Below, piece by piece: positions 32,082 to 41,880 of a stretch of 64,000 bases of DNA (its first letter is position 1; the number at the start of each line of letters is the position of its first letter). Origin of the DNA: an uncultured Gemmatimonadaceae bacterium (lineage in GTDB: Bacteria; Gemmatimonadota; Gemmatimonadetes; Gemmatimonadales; Gemmatimonadaceae). Both the position numbers and the translations under genes were made by a program. The DNA lies in contig CAWBOC010000005.1 of NCBI GenBank assembly GCA_963790305.1, positions 768,001-832,000 on the forward strand, read 5' to 3'. The notes under the pieces are model-generated. The model was not told where the DNA came from, ran no database searches, and worked only from the letters and a program-made list of their open reading frames with translations.

Positions 32082-32471
32082 ATGTGGCGTGAGTTCAAGC
32101 AGTTCCTGGTGAAGGAAAATGTGCTGGCTCTCGCGATCGCGGTCGTGATCGGCGCCGCAATGGGAAAGCTGGTCACGGCGCTCGTGAACGACTTCATCAT
32201 GCCGATCGTGTCCGCGGTCACGCCGGCGGGGAACTGGCGGGAGTACACGCTCGATGTCGGACCAGTGAGCTTCCTCATCGGCGATTTCATCGGGGCGCTG
32301 ATCGACTTCACCATCGTCGCGTTCGTCGTATGGCGGATCAGCAAGGCATTGATCCGTCCCGCCCCGGCTTCCGAGAAGCCTGCCACCCGAGAGTGTCCGC
32401 ATTGCCGCTCGACGATCGACGCTCGTGCAACGCGTTGCGCGCACTGTACGGCGACGCTGGTGGCGGCGTAA
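32082..32471 (+). CDS. mscL: large-conductance mechanosensitive channel with C-terminal zinc ribbon
   Basis: EFKQFL...NVLALAIAVVIGAA, DFIMP, F.IVAF; CPHC...RCAHC tail. Confidence 0.9.
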   Translation: MWREFKQFLVKENVLALAIAVVIGAAMGKLVTALVNDFIMPIVSAVTPAGNWREYTLDVGPVSFLIGDFIGALIDFTIVAFVVWRISKALIRPAPASEKPATRECPHCRSTIDARATRCAHCTATLVAA

Positions 32472-32475
32472 GGCG

Positions 32476-32529
32476 ATGCGGAATACGGAATGCGGATTCA
32501 GGGATCCGCATTCCGTATTCCGCATTCTT
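32476..32529. repeat. palindromic repeat, family C (GAATGCG heptamers)
   Basis: ATGCGGAATACGGAATGCGGAT ... ATCCGCATTCCGTATTCCGCAT between convergent stops. Confidence 0.85.
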
Positions 32530-32909
32530 CATAGCCCCAATTTCACATTGATATCGACGAGCACCACCCGAGGCGCGTCGATGAAGACCACGCGCTCCGG
32601 CTCGCGACGCACCACGATTTTTTGCAGACGGCCCCGTCCCCGACCGCGTCCGCGGTTGCCGACGCGATAGTAGATGACGCGGGTGTCCTCGATGACGTCG
32701 ATGCGGACGACTTCGTAGCCGTGCTTCACGAGCATTTCGCGCGCGACGGTCACGGCCTCGGTGGTCGAGGGGACCTTGACCTTCTTCTTGTTCCCGGCGC
32801 CCGGCGGGGCTTTCCAGTCTCCGCTTCCTTGAGCCGCGGCGGCGCCGCCCGTCAACCAGAGTCCGGCGGCCACTGAGGCGATAAGAGCAATTCGCACGTA
32901 GCGAGTCAT
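32529..32909 (-). CDS. secreted basic hypothetical protein
   Basis: Signal peptide MTRYVRIALIASVAAG...AAAQ; appears fused to the upstream GNAT only because of a frameshift. Confidence 0.6.
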   Translation of the reverse strand: MTRYVRIALIASVAAGLWLTGGAAAAQGSGDWKAPPGAGNKKKVKVPSTTEAVTVAREMLVKHGYEVVRIDVIEDTRVIYYRVGNRGRGRGRGRLQKIVVRREPERVVFIDAPRVVLVDINVKLGL

Positions 32910-32928
32910 GAGTCTCTCCGTGAAGGAT

Positions 32929-33401
32929 CTACTCATCACGACGCCCCTGGCCCCTGGCGGGCAACGACTCGTTGCCGAGTGCCTTGAGGAGATGAAACTG
33001 CCGATAGCCGGGCGGGTATCCTTCGAGCACGCCGAACTGGACGTATCCCAGCTTCTCATAGAAGGGGAGCGCCTGGTACTCGAAGGTGTCGAGGTAATGC
33101 CGAGGCAGTCGTGTCGTCGCGCGTACTCTTCGACCGTGCGCATGACGCGCGAGCCGACGCCGTGGCCTCGCAGCTCGTCAGGCAGCCATAGCTTCGCGAC
33201 GTACACCCACCTCCACTTGACGTGACCGAGGAGGCCGCCGACCACGCGGCCGCTCTCGTCGCGCACGAAGACGCCGAGCTGGACTTCGTTGGGGTCACCG
33301 ATGACGGCGCGGTTGAACTCCCGCAGCCCGTCGGTGACGACGCGCGCGTCGTCCGCGCGGGGGCGCTCGTCGAGCTCGACGCGAAGGTCTCTCGGCGTCA
33401 C
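32929..33401 (-). CDS. GNAT family N-acetyltransferase (frameshift near 33095)
   Basis: RGHGVG; the shifted frame gives LDTFEYQALPFYEKLGY...GYPPG then stop at 32929. Confidence 0.8.
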
Positions 33402-33440
33402 CAGTTCCTGTGCCGTCTTCCGCGGTTGAAACGGAGCGCG

Positions 33441-34248
33441 CTAGAAGCAATGCTCGAATATCACGAGCTGCGCGCTTCCGTCCGGCGCGGAACGCACGCC
33501 GAGGAAGAACTTGTCGATCTTGTTGCCGGGATGCGTGTGGTGGTATTGCTCGATCTTCCGGCCGGTGAGTATCCCGACGAAGGAGCCGAGCACCAGGTCG
33601 CTCATCCAGTGTCTTCGAAGATACAGCCGGCTCGCTGTCGGAAGCGCCGCTACGGTGTAGAGCACCGGTGGCACCCACCTCATGCGATCCGGCCACCGTC
33701 GCTTCATCTCACTCGACACCACGGCCGCGACCGCGAAGTTCGCCGACGCGTGAATCGAAGGGAAGGATCGATACTCGAACTGCTTGAAGCCCTGAAAGGC
33801 GTCGAAGTTGACCGGGTCGTCAGGGGTCACGTACGGACGCGTGCGACCGACGCTTCCGCGAACCAGCGTGAGCAACGTCGACGACACGAACACGGCCTCG
33901 GTCGCGTGAAAGGCAATGTCGGCGAGGTGTCGCTTCTTGGTCAGCCGGCCGGTGAGATACAGGATGCCGCCGGCGAGCATCACGCGGTCGTCGGTCGCGA
34001 GGTTCGCGTTTCGCGACATGCGACCGAATGAATCGGTTCCCCTGGACGTCATCGCCGCGCACCCACTCGTCGACGCGCTCATCCACCTGGAACAACAGGA
34101 TCGACGCGACGAGGAAAGCGCCTCCCCACACCGCGTCCCGACGCGTGAACAACGGCTCCGTAGAAACGCCGGCCGTATCGCTCGGCTGAGCGAGAAGGGA
34201 CGTTGCGAGGGTGAGCGTCAGCAGCAAGCCGGAAATGGCGCGTATCAC
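33441..34248 (-). CDS. PAP2 family phosphatase (frameshift near 34025)
   Basis: R.....RTRP, SFPSIH and SR.....HW.SD motifs; signal peptide in the upstream frame. Confidence 0.8.
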
Positions 34249-34331
34249 GAGGCTGTCCTTGTCGGTCGCGCCGGTCTCTAGTGCAACCGCCGTTCCTCTC
34301 CCAGGCCATGAGGAGCTTCACTACCTCTCGC

Positions 34332-34384
34332 AACGGCAAAGAGGACAGAGTTCCGAATTTCTGAACTCTGTCCTCTTTGCCGTT
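34332..34384. repeat. perfect 22-bp inverted repeat (possible terminator or REP-like element)
   Basis: AACGGCAAAGAGGACAGAGTTC / GAACTCTGTCCTCTTTGCCGTT; outer ends resemble the 5207-5353 element. Confidence 0.8.
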
Positions 34385-34395
34385 CAGGAACGAGT

Positions 34396-34539
34396 CTAAT
34401 CCCGAGCCTCGGTGCCGGCCTCGGCGGCGCCCACGTGCTCCTCGTGCTCAGGTGGCGCGTCGCCGCGCTCCACGTTGCCACCTAACGAGCCGATCTCCTG
34501 CGACGACTCCTGGCGAGGATTCTTCATCTGGTCGCTCAC
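34396..34539 (-). CDS. putative 47-aa acidic small protein (not in the ORF track)
   Basis: GTG overlaps the yciF-like stop (GTGA); MSDQMKNPRQESSQEIGSLGGNVERGDAPPEHEEHVGAAEAGTEARD. Confidence 0.45.
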   Translation of the reverse strand: MSDQMKNPRQESSQEIGSLGGNVERGDAPPEHEEHVGAAEAGTEARD

Positions 34540-35189
34540 CGTGCCGTTGATTCCTCTTTGGCGCGACCACCACTGCGGCCGCGGCTGCCGCCGCGCGCGC
34601 TCCCGCGACCACCTTCGACGGCGGTGCGCCGGGATACTTCCCGCTCGGAACGTCCGCGCGCTCCGCGCGTCGTCTCTTCCTCTTCCTCATCGCCGTCCGC
34701 CGTCGCCGCCTCGATGTTGATCGAGCTCTCGGCGAGCTGCGTCAGGAGCTTGTTGGTGTCGCCTTCCTCATCGAGCGTCTGCTGGAGCAGCTGCGCCTGA
34801 CGATCGGCGCCGAGGAGCTGGGCGTAGGTCCGCACGGTCCCGTACCCAGCGATCTCGTAGTGCTCGATGTGCTGCGCCTTCGAGATGAGCCCGGCATCGA
34901 GAACGTCAGGGTCAGGGCGCTCCTTGATGAGCTCCTGGCCTTCCTCGATGAGACCCTCCATTCCGACGCACTTCTTGCCACGCGGGCTTTCGCCGAGGTC
35001 TTCGAAGACCTGCTCGAGGCGCTTGACCTGCTGCTCCGTCTGGCGCAGGTGCGTCATGAATGCCTTCGAGAGCTCCGGATCATTGGCGGCCTTCGCCATT
35101 TTCGGGAGCGCCTTCACCAGCTGCTTCTCAGCGCTCCACAGATCCTTGAGCTCGTCAATGTAGAGGTCCCGCAGCGTGTTCAGTTCCAT
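34536..35189 (-). CDS. YciE/YciF (DUF892) ferritin-like protein with Arg/Gly-rich tail
   Basis: ELKDLWSAEKQ, HL.QT, EHYEIAGYG, TLDEE; GGAGGAG RBS. Confidence 0.88.
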   Translation of the reverse strand: MELNTLRDLYIDELKDLWSAEKQLVKALPKMAKAANDPELSKAFMTHLRQTEQQVKRLEQVFEDLGESPRGKKCVGMEGLIEEGQELIKERPDPDVLDAGLISKAQHIEHYEIAGYGTVRTYAQLLGADRQAQLLQQTLDEEGDTNKLLTQLAESSINIEAATADGDEEEEETTRGARGRSEREVSRRTAVEGGRGSARGGSRGRSGGRAKEESTAR

Positions 35190-35244
35190 GATCTCCTCCG
35201 CCTCCCAAGGTCGGTTCGTTGTCGTGCAGTCACCGGTCTTCTCG

Positions 35245-35260
35245 GGCAAGTTCAGCGCCG
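35245..35260 (-). promoter_or_regulatory. candidate sigma54 -24/-12 promoter
   Basis: CGGCGC-TGAAC-TTGCC (GG-N10-GC), about 56 nt upstream of the yciF-like ATG. Confidence 0.45.
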
Positions 35261-35311
35261 GACGTGGGTACCCGCGACCGATTGGTCACATCGCGGCACT
35301 AACTGCGCACC

Positions 35312-35767
35312 TCACCCACGCCTCCCGTGCTTGGGAACCACCGTGACGTGGCCATTCTTCTCGAGCACCGCGTAGTCAATGTCATCCAGGGTCGACACCC
35401 CCTGCAGCTCACGTGCTGCTTCCAGAACGTCCGCCTCGTCCACGCGTTCTCGCTGGAGCCGATCGGAGTGGACTTTCCCTCGCTCGATGAGAACCAGCGG
35501 CGTGCCATCGAGGAGCCGTTCGATGCGGCCCGAGCGCTGCTTCAACACCGACATGATGACGTTCAACCCTACGAGTGTGATCACGAGCAGAAAGGCATTG
35601 GTCATCGAGTGGTCATTGTCGACGAGAGCCGACTGAACTGCTTCGCTGATGATCAGAATGAGCACGAAGTCGAACGTCGTGATCCCGGCGAGTGTGCGCG
35701 AGCCGGCCAGCCGAAGAATCAGAAGCAGGACGATGTAGGTAGCCAGGGCGCGAAGTATGGAATCCAC
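35312..35767 (-). CDS. DUF421 (YetF) family membrane protein
   Basis: G.RTL..ITTFDFV, G.P.VLI..G, LEKNG.VTV motifs. Confidence 0.85.
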   Translation of the reverse strand: MDSILRALATYIVLLLILRLAGSRTLAGITTFDFVLILIISEAVQSALVDNDHSMTNAFLLVITLVGLNVIMSVLKQRSGRIERLLDGTPLVLIERGKVHSDRLQRERVDEADVLEAARELQGVSTLDDIDYAVLEKNGHVTVVPKHGRRG

Positions 35768-35776
35768 GGCGCACCT

Positions 35777-36283
35777 CTATGGGTAGATGAATTGGCGGAA
35801 GGAGACACCCTCCCCCCCGGCGATTCCGGCTCGGGCGTGCTCGGACCAGTATTCATCCGGACGCAGGTTGAAGGTGATGCGCGCTGGCTGCGACCGCTCC
35901 GCCGTCATGAACGTGAACAGGACGAGGTCGCCGCGGGTGACGACGCGCGCCGGCTCCGGGATGACGCTTTCGATCTCGATACCCTCGAGGTACTCGCGTG
36001 TCATCCAGAGCGTCAGCGTGTCACCGCGCAGGGCGCGCGGCTCGATCTCGGCCCTGAGGGAGCTCGTGGCTCCGTGACGTGCGAATCGATCGTAGTCCAG
36101 CGTTAGCCCTTCCGCCCGCGCCTGTCCATCGGCGAGCGGCCCGTGGCCGAATAGGCCGAGTGAGGCGCCAATCACGATGAGGAGCATCACTACCCAACCA
36201 ACTCGCTGCACTCGCCACAACGAGCGTGCGTGATCGAGGTCCTGATCGACCTCTATCAAACCGACACGATGTGGTTCGCCCAC
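35777..36283 (-). CDS. hypothetical membrane-anchored protein co-oriented with DUF421
   Basis: GTG preceded by AAGGAGG; WRVQRVGW + TM + GLFG.GPL; ends FRQFIYP. Confidence 0.7.
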   Translation of the reverse strand: MGEPHRVGLIEVDQDLDHARSLWRVQRVGWVVMLLIVIGASLGLFGHGPLADGQARAEGLTLDYDRFARHGATSSLRAEIEPRALRGDTLTLWMTREYLEGIEIESVIPEPARVVTRGDLVLFTFMTAERSQPARITFNLRPDEYWSEHARAGIAGGEGVSFRQFIYP

Positions 36284-36319
36284 AAACGCCTCCTTTGAAT
36301 GGTGATGTCGGGCCGTCGA

Positions 36320-36335
36320 GGCATTGCCTGTGCCA
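36320..36335 (-). promoter_or_regulatory. candidate sigma54 -24/-12 promoter
   Basis: TGGCAC-AGGCA-ATGCC (GG-N10-GC), 37 nt upstream of the start. Confidence 0.55.
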
Positions 36336-36430
36336 TTCTGGCTAGGAAAGTGACGCCGCGGCGTGCAGCCGTCGGCGTCGACGTGCATAACGGGCGGAAA
36401 TGATGAGCAGCGCACACTTCAGCGCAGTCA

Positions 36431-36446
36431 TGGCACAGGTACTGTA
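36431..36446 (+). promoter_or_regulatory. candidate sigma54-like promoter (variant -12)
   Basis: TGGCAC-AGGTA-CTGTA; shares ATGGCACAGG with the divergent site. Confidence 0.4.
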
Positions 36447-36493
36447 AGAGTGCGTGGTCTCGCTCGACGACCGCTCACTCGGAGGATGGTACG

Positions 36494-36778
36494 ATGACGT
36501 ACAAAGTTATTCGTCGCGACATTGCTGGAATGTTGCTCGCGGCACTGTTGATCCTGGTATCGGCACCAGCGCAGGGGTACGCCCAGACCACTGGGGATAC
36601 GGGACAGACCATGAGACAGAGTGGCGGCCAGGTTGCTGCCGTCGACGATGACGACGACGGGATGGATCTGGGATGGATCGGCCTTCTCGGCCTTGCAGGG
36701 CTGCTCGGCCTGCGGCGCCGCGAACCTGACCACGTTCACCGCGTCGACACCCCACCGCGCACGACGACGCGGCCCTAA
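36494..36778 (+). CDS. small secreted WGxxGxxG-CTERM family protein
   Basis: Signal peptide; DDDDDGMDLGWIGLLGLAGLLGLRRR; GGAGG RBS. Confidence 0.8.
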   Translation: MTYKVIRRDIAGMLLAALLILVSAPAQGYAQTTGDTGQTMRQSGGQVAAVDDDDDGMDLGWIGLLGLAGLLGLRRREPDHVHRVDTPPRTTTRP

Positions 36779-36794
36779 GTAGTAAGAGGACGGC

Positions 36795-36821
36795 CTGGGC
36801 TGATCGACTCGGTCAGCCCAG
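36795..36821. terminator. stem-loop between convergent genes
   Basis: CTGGGCTGATCGA / TCGGTCAGCCCAG; no clear U-tract. Confidence 0.55.
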
Positions 36822-36912
36822 TTCCATCTCTCTGCTCAACGTCTCGTGATTCGCGTCCGCAGCTGGGGGTGCCTGGCGAGCATCGTCCTGTCGGTGCTCG
36901 CGACGGTCGTGC

Positions 36913-37839
36913 TCAATCTTCTCCTGCGCGCGTGCTCATGACGCCCGTTCCCTTGACGGAGGGCGTCTCGTCGCCGTCCCGCCGCAAGAGGATCTCCAGC
37001 TCTCGCTCGCGCAGGTCGAACGGATATCCGGCGCCGACGATGCCGACCCGGAGATAGCTCAGCGTCAGCGGCGCACCCTTTTGCGCCTCCTCCGCATTGT
37101 CGAACCGGACGCCACGACCGTCCACGAAGTAGACGGAGCCGTTGCCGACGACCTCTCCGAGGTGCCCACGCACGACGAGAGCGGTGTCTTCGTCGATGCC
37201 GAGGCCCATGAGCTCGGGATTCTCGGCCACGCGGCGGAACAGGCGCTGGAGCCGTCCTCGCTTCGAGAAGTGCGTATCGATGAGCGCGGAGAAGCCTAAC
37301 AAGCCGAAGCCGGGACCAAGGTAGAGCGGCACTTCCTGTCCTTCCTCATCGATCTCTCCGCCGGCGAGCATCGTCTCGGACAGCGCCGCGGCACCCGCGC
37401 TCGTTCCACAGACGATGGCCCCGTTGGCGAACGCTTCCTTGATGGCGCGACCGACGCGGGAACCGCTCAGAGTGGCCACCAGGTGCACCTGATCACCGCC
37501 GCCCAGGAAAATGCCTTGCGCATCGAGGACCATTTGCGCGATGCGTGCGTCCTGCGCGCGCGAGCGTCGGTCGATGATCGGGAGCTCCACGTTGGTCGCG
37601 CCCGCCTCGGCGAACGCATCCTTCCAGGCGATGGCGGAGCCGACGGGGTCGGTCGACGCAGTGGTGAAGCCGACGATCTTGCCCCCTTCACGGGCGTTGC
37701 AGCCCTGAAGAAAGACGTCCATCGCCGGCCCCTTGGGGTCGAGCGCTCCGCCGATGAGGATCAGCGTCCCCGCTTTACGATCGTCGTGGCGCGAGGCGGG
37801 CTGTTGCGCGCGCTCCTGCGGAAGACGTGCGGTCGTCAT
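36913..37839 (-). CDS. cphB: cyanophycinase
   Basis: LILIGG, GGGDQ, catalytic GTSAG, IDTHF..RGR..RL, GIDEDT. Confidence 0.9.
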   Translation of the reverse strand: MTTARLPQERAQQPASRHDDRKAGTLILIGGALDPKGPAMDVFLQGCNAREGGKIVGFTTASTDPVGSAIAWKDAFAEAGATNVELPIIDRRSRAQDARIAQMVLDAQGIFLGGGDQVHLVATLSGSRVGRAIKEAFANGAIVCGTSAGAAALSETMLAGGEIDEEGQEVPLYLGPGFGLLGFSALIDTHFSKRGRLQRLFRRVAENPELMGLGIDEDTALVVRGHLGEVVGNGSVYFVDGRGVRFDNAEEAQKGAPLTLSYLRVGIVGAGYPFDLRERELEILLRRDGDETPSVKGTGVMSTRAGED

Positions 37840-38901
37840 GCCGTCGCGACCTGCGTGCTCTCGCGATTCAGCTCCTCGGTCGCGAACATGGCCAGTGCGC
37901 CCGCGACCTGTGCCGCGATCGCGACATCATCGCGAACTACGCCACCGTCCACGGTTCGCTCGTAGGTCTGCAGGGCGATGCGCCCATCGCGCACGAGCGC
38001 GACCGCGCACGCTACGCGCTGATCGCGCACGGTGACGTCATCATCCGTCGCGAAGATCGCGACGCGGCAGCTCTGCTCGCGCGCGTAGTCCTGAATCTCC
38101 CATTCCTTCGCCGGCACGATGACGACCCCGTCCCGACGCACACAATCGGCGAGCACGCCCACGAGCCGCTGGGCACGATCGGCATCGCGATACCGGTCGG
38201 GCACATCGGTGAGCTCGGCGTCGAGGATGATCGCCATTCTCGGAGCGGGCGTAGGGAAGCCCCGCCTCGAGGAGATACGAGGGCGAGATGTCGACCACGA
38301 GCTCGGCGTCACTCAGCCCGCGGCGAAGCATCTCTTCACGCGTCTCGTGACGCGGACCGCCTCCGGTGATGCCGCAGAGCACGCGCTGTCGAAGCGCCGG
38401 GGCGTCGGGCGTGTCGAGAAGGGCGCTCAGCTCGCGCACGGCGTACTCCACGCCATTGAGAGTGCCGCCAAACGCTCGCTGCACGATCTCCAGCGCCAGG
38501 GCGCCAGCGCGAAGCCCCGCCTGCTCGTGCCAATGCTCGAACACCACCGTGTATTCGCCGGGCACGTCGCCACCGCGCGTCTTCCCATATCCCACGTCGA
38601 GTCCGGCCATGACCTGCAGCTCGAGCGCGACGTGCTCGATGACATGGGGAGCGTAGGTCCCGCGCGCGAGCCGTTGAAGGAAGCCGCCCCGCTGGCCAAT
38701 GCTGCAGCGATGCTCGATCAGCCCTGGCATCGCGTTGCGCAGTGACTCGAGTACGCCGGGGACGTGCGCCGATGAGATTTCGTCGTACCGTCCCACGACG
38801 AGATCCAGACGCGTCACCGGGCGCTGCGACCAAAAATTCGCTCCGCGGAGCGAGTGGAGGCCCGTGAGCTGGATCTCCGTCGCGGGGACGAGCTCGCTCA
38901 T
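37836..38901 (-). CDS. CphA N-domain protein with degenerate Mur-ligase-like remnant and no ATP-grasp (frameshift near 38235)
   Basis: LRGANFWS and HRC-x19-HVIEHVALELQ as in the CphA N domain; CGITGGGPRHET in place of AVTGTNGKTT; ATGA overlaps on both sides. Confidence 0.75.
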
Positions 38902-41569
38902 GAGGCCTTCGAGCCTCCCAGCCCACGCACATGCTCGAGGACGCCCCTCACATCGTCCGCCAGTATTACCGCCAGATCGTTCGTGTCGAGGAGCGCGACG
39001 GCACGCTCGACGGCCTCGATCTCGGAATGGACGACCTCGACGCGCTCCTCGGGCAAGCCAGCCTCGAGCAGGCCCTCGATGAGCAGAGCCGCAACCTCAC
39101 CGCGCCGGCGCCCGCGTCGGTCGTCGTCTTCCTTCACGACGACATGGTCGAGCGATCCAGCGAGACGGCCCACGGCGCGAATGTCCTCGTCTCTCCGGTC
39201 GCCGGGAGCGGCGAGCACGCCAATGCGCCGGCGCGCCGGGAGCTGCTGCACCAGCTCCATCAGCCCCTGCACGGCCGCCGCGTTGTGCGCGTAGTCAATG
39301 AGCAAGCGGGCGCCATTCATCCGAATCAGGTTCAGGCGGCCGGGTGTCATCGACGGCGACGGGAAGAACGAAAGAAGCCCCGCTCGAATGTCGTCGTACC
39401 GAACACCCTGGACGTAGGCGGTGGCGATTGCCGCCAGCACGTTCCCGCGCTGGAATCGTGCGGCCCCTCCCATCATGAGTGGCACATCGCGCACGGCGGC
39501 GATCGGAATGCGCAGCCGTCCGCGGCGAATGACGAAGGTGTCGTTCTCGATCAACGTCGCGATGCCGTTGCGGCCGATGTGATCGGCGACGGCCGGGTTC
39601 GCGCCTTCGTCGTCGGTCGAAAAGAGAACGACATCACCCGGCGACCGGTCGCGCATCGCGTAGACGAGCGGATCATCGGCGTTGAGCACCGCGTGGCCTT
39701 CACGCTTCACGACGGCGGCGATGACGCTCTTCACCTCTGCCAGCTGCTCCAGCGTATGAATGCCGCGCAGGCCGAGGTGATCCGCGCTGACGTTGAGGAC
39801 CACGCCGACGTCGCACTCGTCGAACCCGAGCCCCGCCCGCAGAATGCCGCCGCGCGCCGTCTCGAGCACCGCGACGTCGACCGCCGCGTTCGACAGGATG
39901 ATGTTGGCGGAGAACGGGCCGGTCATGTCCCCTTCCATGACGAGCCGGTTGTTCAGGTACACGCCGTCGGTGGTCGTTAGGCCCACCGCGCGGTCGGTGT
40001 GGCGAAAGAGATGCGCGATGAGCCGCACCGTGGTCGTCTTGCCGTTCGTCCCGGTGACCGCGATGACGGGAATGGTGCAGTCGCTCCCCGGCGGGTAGAG
40101 CATGTCGAGGATCGGCGCCGCCACATTGCGCGCCTGCCCCTCCGCCGGGTGCGTGTGCATGCGAATGCCCGGGGCCGCGTTGACCTCGATGATGACGGCG
40201 CCGTTGTCGCGGAAGGGCACGGAGATGTCCGCCGTCATGACGTCGATGCCCGCGACGTCGAGCCCCACTGCTCCGGCCGCCATCTCGCACGCGGTGGCGT
40301 TGTCGGGATGAATCTCTTCAGTGCGATCGATCGCCGTTCCGCCGGTCGACAGGTTGGCGGTCGGTCGCAACGCGACGACTTCTCCCTTCGGCGGCACCGA
40401 GTCGAAGGTGTACTCGCGCTCGGCCAGGTACGACGCGGTGAGCTCATCGAGCGGCAACCGCGTGAGAATCTTCGTGTGCCCGAAGCCGCGCCGTGGATCG
40501 CGATTCTCGATCTCGATGAGCTCGCCGGATCGTATGTGTCCCATCTCCGATCACGCGCGCTGGAACGCGCTCCGCGACCGCCACGACCTTCCCGTTCACC
40601 ACCAGCACCCGATGGTCGGTGCCGTCCACGTAGCGCTCGACGACCACGGCGTCGGAGACGGCGTGCGGTTGCCGCCACGACGCGCGCACCGCCTCCTCAT
40701 CATCGAGGCGAGGTGGAGATGCCACGCCCGTGACTGGCATCGAGCGGCTTGAGGATCACCGGATACCCGATGCGCATCGCGATGTCCACCGCTTCCTCGA
40801 CATCGTCGGCCACGTCGCCCACCGGCACCGGCAAGCCGATCGACTCGAGAACGCGCTTGGTCTCATCCTTGTTCTGGGCGATCTCGACCGCGATCGAGCT
40901 CGTGCTGTCCGCCATCGTCGCTTGAATGCGCCGCAAGTTCTTGCCCAGGCCGAGCTGGACCAGCGAGCGCGAATTGAGACGCCTAACGGGGATCCCGCGG
41001 CGGCGCGCCTCCTCGACGATGGCACCCGTGGACGGGCCCAGCCGAACCTGCTGCCAGAGCGCCTGCAGGTCGGGGACGAGGCGGTCCATGTCGGCCGTCT
41101 CACCCGCGATGCATGCCTTGACCAGTCGCACGGCCTCGCGCACGGCACGAAGACCGACTTCCTCCTCCTCGTAGGCGACCATGACCCACCACACGCCCGC
41201 GTCCCCGGACGGCACCACACGCCCGAAGCCGACGTCGCTACCGGCGAGGACCTGCAGCTCGAGCGCGACGTGCTCGAGGATGTGCGGCAGGTGCGTGCCC
41301 TCGCGCAGCCGCTCGACGAACCCACCCGCGACGCCTCGAGAGCATTCGTGCTCGCGCAGGGAAGGGAGCAGGGTCGTCAGGCGCTCGGTGAAGTCGGGCA
41401 GGTCGGCCGAGGAGACGTGCTCCAGGCCGCCGAGGGCGACGTCGCAGGCGATCACGGGAGCGAGACGCCAGTAATTCGGTCCGCGAAGGGCACGAATGCG
41501 AGTAACGCGAAGGTCGTCGGGGCGAAGGTCCGGCGCGAGGTTGGTCGCGCCAGAGAGCGGCTCGGACAT
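38898..41569 (-). CDS. cphA: cyanophycin synthetase CphA1 (frameshifts near 40710 and 40530)
   Basis: LRGPNYW, HEC-x19-HILEH, LGPST, KPLDASHGRG, ANLSTGG, EVNAAPG.RMH, VTGTNGKTT, ETARGG, DYAHN. Confidence 0.92.
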
Positions 41570-41880
41570 CGAGGGTTAGCTGCAGGTCAGCGGGCGCGAC
41601 GTCTAAGTCGCAGGGATTCTTGCTGTTCAGCGATAGTCACACCGCGCAAAAGCGCAGAAAGCAGGCCACCCCGCGGCGGCCCCGCGCGCGCAAAAAAAAC
41701 CTCGGCGGCGCGCGAAACATCCGGAGAACCGGCACGAGTTTACAACGCGTTGCGCTGCAAAGTCTTGGGCGTCTTTCCAGTGGCACGATTTCGTACGTCC
41801 GCACGCCGTGCACCTTCGTTGCGCCTCGACCTCCGGATGTCATCCGCGATGTCGAGCGCGTTCTCATTCGCTGCTCCTGG

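Noticed and set aside
38898..41569. Programmed frameshifting or a natural split of cphA (and of the polymerase, GGDEF and ABC genes)
   Set aside because: Breaks fall inside domains without consistent slippery sites and match the window-wide indel pattern.
41780..41797. TGGCACGATTTCGTAC as a sigma54 promoter for the GGDEF gene
   Set aside because: The -24 element is good but there is no GC at the required -12 spacing.
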